DNA of 64,000 nucleotides from Haplodiscus bocki (lineage: Eukaryota). Every line of letters starts with the position of its first letter. The first letter of the stretch is position 1. The notes under the pieces were generated by a model. The model saw only the letters and a program-made list of their open reading frames with translations, did no database searches and had not been told where the DNA came from. This document shows, piece after piece, positions 1-11,985 of the stretch. The DNA lies in the NCBI GenBank assembly GCA_965655095.1, contig OZ296649.1, positions 61,752,001 to 61,816,000 of the forward strand, read 5' to 3'. The position numbers and the translations under genes are program-made.

Positions 1-1775
1 GGGTGCCTCAAGCAGGAAATTTTCAAGTCTCATGGGGAACATTGAACACCCAGGACTTTCTCGTTTGCTTTCTGCCTTCCAATACCAAGGGAAGAGAGGC
101 TTCCTGATTCTGTTTAGAGATTGAAGTGCTATTTAAACTGAAATCTCCTCAAACTTTCGAAAGGTAGTGTTCTTCAGAGGGCAACAAAGGGCGATGCAAA
201 CTTTGGGCAAGGCAGCGAGTGGATCCTTTAACTCGTAGTTTGCGATGCTCTTTGCCAACCTCTCACCTATAATACCCTAAGGAAAAGAATGAGCAGTTTT
301 CCCCAGGTAAACATCGACTTTAGCCTAGTTCTGCTTCTCCAACTTCTTTTTGGTAGATGTGTTCCATGAAATAATATCATTCGCTTCAACCCAGCCGCCC
401 AAAATTTGGTTTCCTCTAAAATAAGTTTTCGCGCAACTTCCAATTCCGTTTTTTGTTCACCTTTCGCATCATAGATTCAACTTTTTGAGAATAAACCAAA
501 ATTCAGTCTGAACTTGTGGGGTAAAATAAAGCCGGAACAGTTGGCGTTCTCATTTCAGACGCTGGTTGTCTTTTCTAGTAACTTTCGATTCATGACTGCG
601 GGTTTTTCAACTGTGTTGAAACAATATGAGCACATACATTTAAACCTCATCGAACCAAAGTTCAACACTCCGGCCATAAGGCATCGTCTCATGCCAGCTA
701 TCTAATACGCTGTACTGAGTTTGAGTCACTGTTCCTTGCTTTCAGTCCGAGATGATTTCGTTGCATTGAAACTAAGTAGATAGTAAGGCATAAGTGCTTA
801 AGCCTACAAAAGGTATCCGTTTGCCCAAATGATCGAGGCTCCTTAAACTCACGGGGGAGTTTCGATGCAATTTTTTGGCATATTCACAGTTTCTGTTCTT
901 TGGGAAAAAATGGCTACTAACCAAAGTTGGAAACAGCGATTGCTTGTTAGGTTTGTCATTAGGTGCATATGCCACTTTTAGAGTACCCTCACAGGGTGAG
1001 TCAGTTTGAGGATGGGAACTGAGCCAAGTTTGTTTCTCAACATTGCTCAGCTAACATCAAAGCGTCTGCACAAGGTTCGAGTTGAAATTTCAAAAGAGGA
1101 CTTCTACGAAATCAGGTTGAGTCTCGAGGAATAAAGGTAGTGGGAGCGCGGGGACAAAATTTTTCAACCGCTCGACTGACGTATTTTTTGATTAGATCAA
1201 ACCGTTGGAATCAAGATTCGCTCAATTGATGTCTGTCTGAAAACATTACAAATATATGGCAATTGAAAAACTGCAAATTGCGCCCAAATGTGAGAACAAG
1301 GATCTTCAACAATAATTCATCTTGATTATTTCGTACTGAAGAAGCACCTTCTACGTAAAGAAAAAACCTTTCTTTGCCCACTACGTATTTTGTTATCAAA
1401 GGTAAGTCTTTGTTCCTGCGTTTGCTGAAGGTGGCATTTTTTGCCAGACAGCAGTCAGAAACGGTTTTCATCAGTCCTCTTCTTTTCGCTTCGGACAGAA
1501 GGTTCAGTATCTCCTTAAAGCCATTCAGTTTGTGGTTGCTCAATGGTGCTGCAATGGAAACTATGCCATTTTGATTGGCCATAGTTTCGCTAAAGCTGCT
1601 AGGTCGTCAAAAAGCGGATTTCGTCAATGCCTGCGGCAATTACTTCCTAAAAAGCTCCGAAAAAAATTTCCTCAAATCAAAACCTTTTCTTTAGTTGCAT
1701 TGGAAATCGATAACCTGTTTTTCGCAGTCAGCGTTGATTATTTTCCTTTCCAATTGCTCAGGTTTCCCGTTTTGA
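1..1775. repeat. Left arm of long inverted duplication IR1 (continues beyond window start)
   Basis: Base 1 gggtgcctcaagcagg is the reverse complement of ...cctgcttgaggcaccc ending at 4170. Mirrored ORFs: 514..705+ with 3466..3657-, and 1211..1582- with 2598..2783+. The match ends at ggtttcccgttttga (1775). Confidence 0.95.
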
Positions 1776-2403
1776 ACACAGTGCTCCACCCAAAGCTCCA
1801 CTCACTTTCTCGTTCGGTTGTGGGACTATCAAGCAAACGAAATTGAATTGCCGTAGTGACTCATAGTATACCCGTGAGCTCGGCAGATTCAACTGAAACG
1901 ACAAGCATTTGGACGAACTTGGACTATGTGAACAATTTTACGACTACAGGAAAGTACATAAGCTTTGTAGTAATCAAAAACAACTATGGTAGAAAAAATG
2001 AAGAAAAGCCTCGTTTCGACAATTTTCCCACATCACAGATTGGGTGAAAAATTTCCCCAATCTATCCAATAACAATCGATAACTATCTGACAGCGTTGTT
2101 AAGTGTAGTCCATTGGAACCAAAGACCTTGGATTTGTTTTCGATTCACTAGCAGTTGGTTTGTATTGCCACTAGAGAGCCTTCAATTCAGCACATTGCCC
2201 TTAGCATATATGAACGCGACATTCGGTAGAGTTTAGTTTTTCTCAGGAACCAGGTTCAGCGGGAAAACATCGAGACTAATTTCGAGTCTACAGTAACTTG
2301 AGAAAGAGCTGCTTGTTTCGTTTCTTCTAATCAAGCACTTCTCTGATATGCGATACAAGGCTGACTCAGTTGCAAAAAATGAGGGTGTCACAACTTTCGG
2401 CCA

Positions 2404-4170
2404 TCAAAACGGGAAACCTGAACAATCGTTAAACGAAAGTACTCAATGCTGACTGCGAAAAACAAGTTATCGAGTTCTAGAGCAACTAAAGAAAGGATTT
2501 TGATTTGATGAATTTTTTTCGAAGGTTTTTAGGAAGTAATTGCCGCGGGCATTGACGAAAATCAGCTTTTTGGTGACCTAGCAGCTTTTGCGAAACTATG
2601 GCCAATCAAAATGGCATAGTTTCCATTGCAGCACCATTGAGCAACCACAAACTGAATGGCTTTAAGGAGATCCTGAACCTTCTGTATGAAGCGGAAAGAA
2701 GAGGACTGATGAAAACCGTTTGTGACTTTTGTCTGGCAAAAATGCCACCTTCAGCAAACGCAGGAGCAACGACTTACCTTTGAATACAAAATACGTAGTG
2801 GGCAAAGAAAGGTTTTTTTTACGTAGAAGGTGCTTCTTCAGTACGAAATAATCAAGATGAATTATTGTTGAAGATCCTTGTTTGGGGCGCAATTCGCAGC
2901 TTTTCATTTGCCATATATTTGTAATGTTTTCAGACAGACATCAATTGAGCGAATCTTGATTCCAACGGTTTGATCTAATCAAAAAATACGTCAGTCGAGC
3001 GGTTGAAAAATTTTGTCCCCGCGCTTCCACTGCTTTTATTCCTCGAGACTCAACCTGATTTCGTGAAAGTCCTCTTTTGAAATTTCATCTCGAACCTTGT
3101 GCAGACGCTCTGATGTTAGCTGAGCAATGTTGAGAAACAAACTTGGCTCAGTTCCAATCCTCAGATTCACTCACCCTGTGAGGGTACTCTAAAAGAGTGG
3201 CATATGTACCTAATGACAAACCTAACAAGCAATCGCTGTTTCCAACTTTGGTTAGTAGCCAATTTCTTCCCAACGAACAGAAACTGTGAATATGCCAAAA
3301 AATTGCATCGAAACTGCCGTGAAATTAAGGAGCCTCGATCCTTTGGACTAACGGATACCTTTTGTAGACTTAAGCTTTTATGCCTTACTATCTACTTAGT
3401 TTCAATGCAACGAAATCATCTCGGACTGAAAACAAGGAACAGTGACTCAAACTCAGTACAGCGTTTTAGATAGCTGGCGTGAGAGGATGCCTTATGGCCG
3501 GAGTGTTGAATTTTGGTTCGATGAGGTTTAAATGTATGTGCTCATATTGCTTCCGCACAGTTGAAAAACCCGCAGTCATGAATCGAAAGTTACTAGAAAA
3601 GACAACCAGCGTCTGCAATGAGAACGCCAACTGCTCCGGCCTTATTTTACCCCACAAGTTCAGACTGAATTTTGGTTTATTCTCAAAAAGTTGAATCTAT
3701 GATGCGAAAAGTGAAAAAAAAACGAAATTGGAAGTTGCGCGAAAACTTATTTTAGAGAGAACCAAAATTTGGGCGGCTGGGTTGAAGCGAATGATATTAT
3801 TTCATGGAACACATCTACCAAAACGAAGTTGGAGAAGCAGAACTAGGCTAAAGTCGATGTTTACCTGGGGAAAACTGCTCATTCTTTTCCTTAGGGTATT
3901 ATAGGTGAGAGGTTGGTAAAGAGCATCGCAAACTACGAGTTAAAGGATCCACTCGCTGCCTTGCCCAAAGTTTGCATCGCCCTTTGTTGCCCTCTGAAGA
4001 ACACTACCTTTCGAAAGTTTGAGGAGATTTCAGTTTAAATAGCACTTCAATCATGGGAGAGAATCAGGAAGCCTCTCTTCCCTTGGTATTGGAAGGCAGA
4101 AAGCAAACGAGAAAGTCCTGGGTGTTCAATGTTCCCCATGAGACTTGAAAAGTTCCTGCTTGAGGCACCC
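2404..4170. repeat. Right arm of inverted duplication IR1 (spacer 1776-2403)
   Basis: Reverse complement of 1-1775. The outer limit cannot be checked because the partner lies outside the window. Confidence 0.95.
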
Positions 4171-5329
4171 AGATAAGTGTTTAACGCGTAATATCATAAT
4201 TCAGCGTTTTAAACGAAGCGGGCATTTTCGTGATTCTTTGTATGGGGTTTCTTGAAATCAAGTCTTTTTATTTTTCATTCCTCAAATCGCTTTTCAGCAT
4301 CAAGAAATTCAAGTATGCTCTTTTTTTTTCGATGAGCTTTGATGTGGAAGAAAACAGGTGATTTTAAAAACAGGCCGGAAAACACCTTGATTTTTGAAAA
4401 TTGAATTCCTGACGATAACTCTTCAGAAGCATTTTCTGTATTTTGTATCAACGCATCAACCGTTGCAGGTTTTGAACTGACAGCTGTGGATCTTTCAAGT
4501 AACTCAAAAAAATGCTTCGTGTGAGTTATAACTTGAAACAGTGCGGGTGATCTTTTAGAATCCAAAAAGCGCTGTTTCTTGTGTTCACTCGGATCAAGTG
4601 AACGGTTGTTGTTAGTATAATACTTTTCAGTTTCATCAATGAAAGCGCTGATCAAAATAAAAACAGCAGCTTCGTTTTCTGGCAACAGTACTTAATACTT
4701 TTTCCACGCACCTGATTTTCATAAATGAAACGTGTTGGAAATGTAGAAGCGAAATTTCCAGGAAACCGCCTTTTGGACTTTCATTGTTCATAACTGCTGA
4801 AAAATATTGCTGCGTGTAAAGAATTTTTCCAAGCTTGTCTGTTCTGTTTCAAGAGCTGACTGATAACGTTTTCTGGACCTCTTGCCACTTTTCTGCTAAT
4901 TTGCTGTGAATGCTTTCTCATGCAAGCAATGAGAATTTTCCGAAAAACTCAAGTCTTCGAGAAAAGTTGAAATAGACTTGGATGGGATTTCTACTCGTGT
5001 TTTTAGGTGCAAACATCACTTCCTAAATTTTATCTTTCGGTGGTTTCAAACTTTTGTGGGAACAACTTCTGAACGAGAGTTGGCTGAGTCGATTTCACTT
5101 TGCTGTTTGAATTTATGTTTCCGAGCTCACATTGTTTTGTACATCAAATTTTAAGTTGCTAACAGGGGTCTACAAGCACCGTTTTTGATGTTGTTTTAAA
5201 GAGCAAAAATACTTCGCAAATGAATCAGCAATTTGCAGTGATTTTTTCACTGTGCTGAAACTGGTTGTTGGACTGCAGAACGTTTGCACAAAAAACGATA
5301 TTACAGTTAGGAAACTTGAAACACAGTTT

Positions 5330-7280
5330 TTGATGTGAGTTTGCAACAGTATGGTTTTTTCTGGCAACTTTGCTCTTAGCTAACGTGGAACTAACTTTGC
5401 ATTGCTGTTGCTGTGCTGTGCGGGGCTAAACCGATGAGGCAGTGCCTTATTTCAATTGTGTTTGAATGTTTGAATTCGAAATTGTCGATGTCAGTTTCTT
5501 GAACTCGGAGCTTATTTTCAGGAAGTCTTTTTTTACGTTGCTGCCTAATTACGTCCAATTGTTCTCCAACGTGTTTTTGGATTAGCCCAAGACTTTACTT
5601 TAAAGGTTGATTTGCGCTCGCAGGACTATAGCCATTTCTGCTGAAAGTTGCGTGAGGTGCGGCATTTTGTGAAAAACTTCGGGTTTGAAGCAGTGTGACT
5701 TACGTTACAGTTTCATAACATGGTTTTGAGGTCACCCCGATTTGTACAACAAATGATTGATTTAACTGAAATTGCGTTTTTGTTGTGGGTTTGCAGAATA
5801 CATCATTTTCAGTACTTTGCTTTTCTGAGTTGTTGGACTTGTGCTCATTTATTTTCCAATATGGTTTGTGAATTCAGAGTTGTAGGTCAATGGTTTGGGC
5901 AAGGTTAGAGCTCTAGAACAGCCTTTTGATGTACATTTGCCAAAAAAAACATTTTCAGACAGCCTTGAGTTTCCATGCTTCAAGAGTAACCTTTCATTAC
6001 TTTCAATTTATTTTTTGGCCTTTGCAAGGCTTCACATCAAAAGTTTCGTTTAGTTCAGACGACTGGAAACACCTTCTCCGCTGGGATTTTGCCAAAGCAT
6101 GGCGTTTTCTGAAAGAATTTAGGTTGCATATAATACAAGACTAACGGTCAATTGTCTTCGATTATGGCTTGGAGCTTATCGGTACTTGTACATCTTGTAC
6201 ATAATTGTTTAGTTGAGGCGAGGGTGTAGAATAACTTTTCGGGATGAAATATCAGAAACACGGCATTTTCAGACAGATTTTCTTTTCCGTAGTAGAGTAG
6301 TAATGTTTAATTGCTTCCAAATAGCTTTTGGGCTGGCACAAGGCCATACAATACTTCGGTATCATGCGGAGGACTGAAGCCACAATTTTTCAGTGAGTTT
6401 GCAAAAGCAAGGCATCTTCAGGAATTGTTTTGGTTTTATGTAATGTGATACTAATGATCGTTTTTTTATTATACTTTGGGCTCGTTAAGTCAAGCGCATG
6501 AAATATTTATTTGAATAATTTAACTGCCTAAAATCTCGTTTTGGATGTGCATTGGAAAAAATATTGTACTTTTCAACAACCTTTTTGGTCATCGGCATTG
6601 AGAGTTGCGATCAGTTTTTTCACAAAGTGAGTTTTTTGCTCCCCGAAACTTCAATATCGAATGTTTAGATGCAGGTCCAGCACAACTCTCTCAACATGAT
6701 TCTGCGAAGCAAGGCATTTTAAGACAGACTTTTAGTTTCCCATTTTATGAGAATAACGTTTAATTGCTCCTAATTGGACTTTGGGATTTCCCAACCTAAT
6801 ACAAAGAAGTTTAATTAAAATCGGATTCTAATCGTTCTGCAGTTTTGGACTCACCCACAAACATTTAATTAGGTCGGAGTTGTAGAAGCAACTTTCTGAT
6901 GTGAGTTTGTGAAAGAGCGACTTCTTCAGAAAGTCTTTTGGTTTGAGGCGTTGTGACACTCATGTTTAATTGGTTTGCAATATGCGTTTGGATTCGCCCA
7001 AAAACATTCATGAAACGGTTAGTTTGGCTTGGTCATTTCAATTTCAATTCGGAAATTTCAGAGTTTTTTGGTTTTGAACCTTTAGAGACTGCCATTCAAT
7101 TGTTTTACATGATGATTTTGGACTTGCCCCGTTATGCATCAAATTGTTAACCGAGTTCGGAGTTACAGAATTGTCTCTTCTGATGCGAGTTTGGTAACCC
7201 ACGTCTTTCAGAATTTCTTTCGGTTTTAGGCATTGTAGGACTAACGTTCAAGTGTTTCCCATCGTGGTTTTTGGACTCGC
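5330..7280. repeat. Highly diverged ~150-bp tandem array (about 13 units)
   Basis: A motif like tgtgagtttgcaa..ggcattttcag..ttttggtt..actaacgttcaattg..ttttggact recurs near 5359, 5516, 5665, 5806, 5952, 6105, 6266, 6415, 6570, 6717, 6924, 7056 and 7206. Confidence 0.7.
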
Positions 7281-8052
7281 TTAGACCTCTATGTTTTTCC
7301 GCCCAAATTTAATTATGCAAGAAAAATCGTCCGCACGAAACGCTAAAATTTAACGTTTTCTCACATTTTCTCCAATTGATAATGTCCGATTCGACGCTGG
7401 TGTCCGGTTCTGAGTTTGAAAATTTTTTATCCGTAGAACGCGACTGAAATACTAAGATTTCTCAAAAGGCACCAAATTTGGTTTTTTTTGAAAAAGGGTT
7501 TTTTTCCCAAAACTTGTATGATTTCTGACAATGTAGATGCTTTAGTCATATAATGGATAGCTCGCAAAGATGTCGAAAATTTTCAACGAAAAATTTCTAG
7601 ATTTGTCAAATCTACGTTGAAAATTTGCATTGCCAACGATTTTCGACTGTTGGTTTACTTAATGTGTACTTAGTCAACAAAATTCAGTTTCTGACGTAGA
7701 AAGCGTTCGGTTTAGAAGTCAAACATTGTATTTGACTTTCAAATCTAATTCACTGTTCAGTGCTTAAATTTGGCGTTTCGAAGAGGTTGCAATTTTTCGA
7801 CGCTCTGTGAATCAACCATGTTTTGATGCGGCGATGAAGTCACCATTTTGAAAATACGATGCAAATTAAATTCACAAATATCAGAATATTCGAACCAAGT
7901 TATTAGTGACAATCGCTCTAGCTTGGGCAAGCAGATAGTAAACACCAAGAAAAGAGTTGAGAATAAATTATCCCGCTCAATTTAGTACTCAGTTCAATCA
8001 GACAGCGAAGATTAGAGATAATATCTAAAGGCATTAAGACAAGCTTAATGCC

Positions 8053-8526
8053 TCTAAGATCGCACTTTTTCTTCTGTGTTTCGTAGTGTTTTCTTTAGGC
8101 CTGAGCGGGTATTTAGTACTCTCAAAGTATTTCAGATTCAATGTTCTTGTTGGATGCGAGCTCCCGCGGTTAGACTTGCTACAAGTGATCTGTTCTACAA
8201 CTCTTCAAGCTATCGAAGAAATGGTTAGTTTTGCAGATTTATGAATTCAACTTTACTGTACTGCGTCGCCGCTTGTTATGTATCAAAACTTTTATGTGCT
8301 GAAGTTAATGATAAGAGATAATTTAAATCATGAGGTATTTCCGTAATTTGAGATATTTATCTAAATTCAGCATCGTTATGACTATAAGATAAGTTCTAAA
8401 AATTGAAGTTCGTCACAAGAATGTAGCGTCATTAAATGACTGAAGGGTGATTAAGAGATTAGGAGATTAAGAGTTTCTCATATGATCTTTGCTTTCAGCA
8501 TTCCAATCGTAACATGGAATGTTCCA
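8053..8526 (-). repeat. 3' LTR (474 bp)
   Basis: On the minus strand it starts TGGAACATTCC right after the PPT and ends GTGCGATCTTAGA before the TSD. Matches 15243-15630 and, inverted, 12892-12926. Confidence 0.92.
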
Positions 8527-8537
8527 CTACCCTCCTT
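8527..8537 (-). promoter_or_regulatory. Polypurine tract
   Basis: Minus strand AAGGAGGGTAG directly abuts the LTR start. Confidence 0.8.
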
Positions 8538-9080
8538 GCTGTCACTTCGCCGCTGGTTACATCATGAAGAAGGCGAAGAAGTTCATCTGCTATGGAAGAA
8601 GCCAACCCAAAATTGCATTAGTATAGTTCCACATTCCAAAACCAAAAGGTGTAGTCAATTACAGTATATTGTTTTCCAAAATGCATCAATGTAGAGTCTT
8701 AACCAATGTAGGAAGAAAAGAATATTGTATTCAGTTGAGATTCCATCGAATGTTTGAAGTGAAGAATATTCATTATCCAAAGAAGAAAAATTGTTCCCAA
8801 GAGACCATCCAGAATATTTGAAGAGTGTATTGAAAATGTTGCGAAACCAAAGAGTTCATACAGAATAAGTGTTGTAAAGATTGCCAGCACACAGTCGTCC
8901 AATCCCAGAGAGAGTTTTTTTAGATATAAATTTTATAAATTTATTTGCACCACAGTTGAAGGGAATAAAAATGATTTCAGTTAAAGGTAAAATGAAGTCA
9001 GTTAAAATGCTCCGCTTGAAAAATTAGGAGAAATGGTCCCTTTTCGACGGTCTGGAAAAAAGACGTTCAATGTACAGCTT

Positions 9081-11432
9081 TTAATCGAAGCGAATGTCAC
9101 CGTGTGACTTGTAGTGTTCAGGCACATCAGCTGCCCTATAGGTGTAATGCGTATTTGCTTGCTGAGGAGCAGACGCGTGCGGCATCGTGCGTTTAAGTGT
9201 TTCAGTCGCTGCATCAGTTGCGATTTTATTGAGAGTTTGCTGGGAGAGAGATATAGTCCGAGCCAATTGAGAATGTTCACGAGGCGCAGTATCTATAACT
9301 GATAGTTGAGTTTCATCTGACTGTTCGGGTTCAACAGCTGTTCGAGATTTTTTCGGACAGAATAATCCACACCAAAGTGGCGTCGCATTGTTGCGGTGTT
9401 TATATCTATGATAAATCCAGACAACAATTACATGAAGAAACATTGATCCAGCAAATGATATCAAGCTCATCACGAGAGAGTGTCTGATAGAGAGACGGGA
9501 ATCAAATTCTCTTGAGAGCGATGGACACAATAGCGTCATTTTTGTCGTAGTGGGACGTGCCATTCCCAAAAGTTTTTTCGGGTCGCGCATTTTAGGGCTA
9601 TCAAGTAGTGTTTCTCGCACTTCTTTTAACATTGCTATTCCTGCTTCTGCTTTCGTCGAATAATAAGGCATGTCATCAATTTCAGGAAGTTCACTCCACA
9701 ATTCCAGTAGTGGGTCTGGAAATTTGACATTCACTTTAATCGCTGGCATTTCTTCACAAGTGCTGAGGTCTGACCGAATCTTTATATGGTCTCCTGACAA
9801 TTGTTTACCACATTTCAATGTTATAATACAAATGCGACATCCCGGACAGTTAACAATGCCGGATGATGTAGTTGACTCTGTGTCTGATTCAAATAAAGTA
9901 AAAGCAGTAGTAGCGGACGTTAAAAGCCAAACTCCATAACCTAAGTTTTCTGCTTTTTCTGTTACCGGCAATACTATCTGCTGTTTCACAAACTTGTAAT
10001 GCTGCCACGCTATCTTTGAAGTACAGCGTTGCCAAACAGGAATCGTGACCTGTTTCTGTAGCAATTCTGTCTAGGCATATCTGATAGCGTGACGATCCAG
10101 TGCATCTACCAAGATCATATTCAGTCAAAAATGCGGTTTCTTTATTATTTTCTGAAATAGCTAGGTAAGGCGCTTCTAATTTCCATTTGATTGCCAAATC
10201 TGGTTCCGGTTGAGGCATAGGCACTGCAATTGCGCGGAATCCCGTGAAGGCTGAATCTTTCGTTGCTAGTGGAATTGCAATGCGCATTATGAGTCCTTGT
10301 TCAACCACTAAAACATCTCTAAGTAATTGCGATTCGTAATAAGCAATGATTTCATCCATTGGTATAGCTAAAGAGAGTCGGTCCGATTTTCGCCATTGTT
10401 CCGATGCAACATCATCTAAGATAGCTAGAAGTGCTTGTCTAGGAACAAGTGAAATCGGTAAATAGTTAGTCAGAAGTGGCTGTATCGAATTCATCATGTT
10501 AATTTCGTAAGTGTAAAGAGCGCCTCGATAACTTTTGATGTTTGCGAATGTCAAGGCAAGCAGCGATGAGATTGTATCATAATTGAAATTAATTTGCTGT
10601 CTTGAGAATAAAAGTTGGTCACATTCTCGTAGTACATGAATATTTTGTTGAAATACTTCGAAGTGCTCTTCGATAATTCTCCAGTTACGATTTTGGACTT
10701 CAAGCATTTCCTTTTGGACGGATTGAAGTGCTTCTAATTCCGTGGTAACCATGAAGAATTTGTCAGTCACTTCATTTCGTAATTTGAAAACATCCTGCGT
10801 TATGCTTTCTGTAAATTTGGCAAGTTTCTCAATATTCTTTGCATTTTGTTTTGCTCTTTCATGACATGATCCAAAAATACATCTTAATCCACAGCTACCG
10901 CTTCCTAAAGCTATTCCGGATCCGAAAAGTCCGACTGGTGCGAGCGCCATCATTGCAAGTGGCTCTGCCCTCGGCTTCCGATTTCGAGCTTGAGCGGTGG
11001 CGTCTTCAGTGTTCAAGAATGAGGAAGTGTACATGCGAAGAGCCTCTAGCTCTTTCTCTGCAAGTGTAACTTCGTTCTCAACTTGATGCAGTAACCAATC
11101 GATATCGAAAGTAGAATCACTTTTCTGAAAGTTTAAAGAGTAATCAAGAAGACATTGCCAGCTAGACGCGTCCCATAGAGGTGCAAGTTTGTTAATATAG
11201 GCGCCCAATTCAGCACTCACGTTCATTTCAAACTTTGGAAAAGGGACCAGAAAATCAACGTTAACTTTTCAGCTAACAGAATTTTTGTAACATGATTGAA
11301 AATAATTCCATTTGCAAGTATCGCTCCAGAGTCTTGATCAGCAATAATGTAGGAATTCCATTCAGGCAGAGCGGCATTTATAGCCAGTAGGACAGTAACC
11401 ACTGAAAAAAAAGCGTCACTCAAAAGAAACAT
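9081..11432 (-). pseudogene. env: env: class I fusion glycoprotein-like, two frameshifts (~11240, ~9980)
   Basis: Signal-peptide-like MFLLSDAFFSVVTVLLAINA. Furin-type RNRKPR is followed by a hydrophobic Gly-rich fusion peptide (AEPLAMMALAPVGLFGSGIALGSG), a heptad repeat, a Cys-rich region and a TM segment (SLVMSLISFAGSMFLHVIVVWIY) with a cytoplasmic tail. Lies just upstream of PPT/LTR. Confidence 0.88.
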
Positions 11433-11985
11433 ATATGTCACTCTGCGAGTCACGGAAGAGAAACAAAACGACAGCTGGGAAATATGTATTTTTTTTCTTT
11501 TTTTTGGTTTTTGCTGGATTTTGCTTATGTGCGTAAAAGGTATTCCGAGCTTTTCAGAGACGAGAAAAAAAATGTGCTTCTTAATGAAGGTCGGAGAGCA
11601 GGTCTTGTTGTGTTGTGGGGACAGAACCTGCGTGGGGGAGCACCGTGTGCCCCGAGTTTTGTCCGCTTGTGGGTCCCCAGAAGTGCTGTCTGCTGAGGGG
11701 ACAGATGCACCGTGGGTAATGCTATGCGTATTAACCCTCATTATTCTGCTGCTCATCATAATGAAACAATTACGATAGAAATAGTCTACAGTCGTTAATT
11801 TTAGTAGTCGGACAGTAGCTTAGATGTAGGTGTAACAGTTGTGCATAGCTAGTTTTGTGATCGTCATATTAATTCAAAATTCGAATAATAGTTCCTGACA
11901 CGTAAAATCTTTTGACCAGTAGGCCCTACTATGCCGTATCAGGTGAAAATTTACTTTGGCAAAATAACATATAAACTCTGTTGCA

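Noticed and set aside
514-3694. Short ORFs in IR1 (and mirrored ORFs in IR2) as genes
   Set aside because: No recognisable domains, frames differ between arms, and their duplication simply reflects the palindromes.
6610-6660. Walker-A-like SGS..KTHFVKKLI on the minus strand (Polinton ATPase?)
   Set aside because: Needs a frameshift, has no Walker B, and falls within a unit of the ~150-bp array.
11831-11840. TGTAACA as the start of a second, plus-strand LTR
   Set aside because: No similarity to the LTR beyond 7 bp and no partner repeat or TSD.
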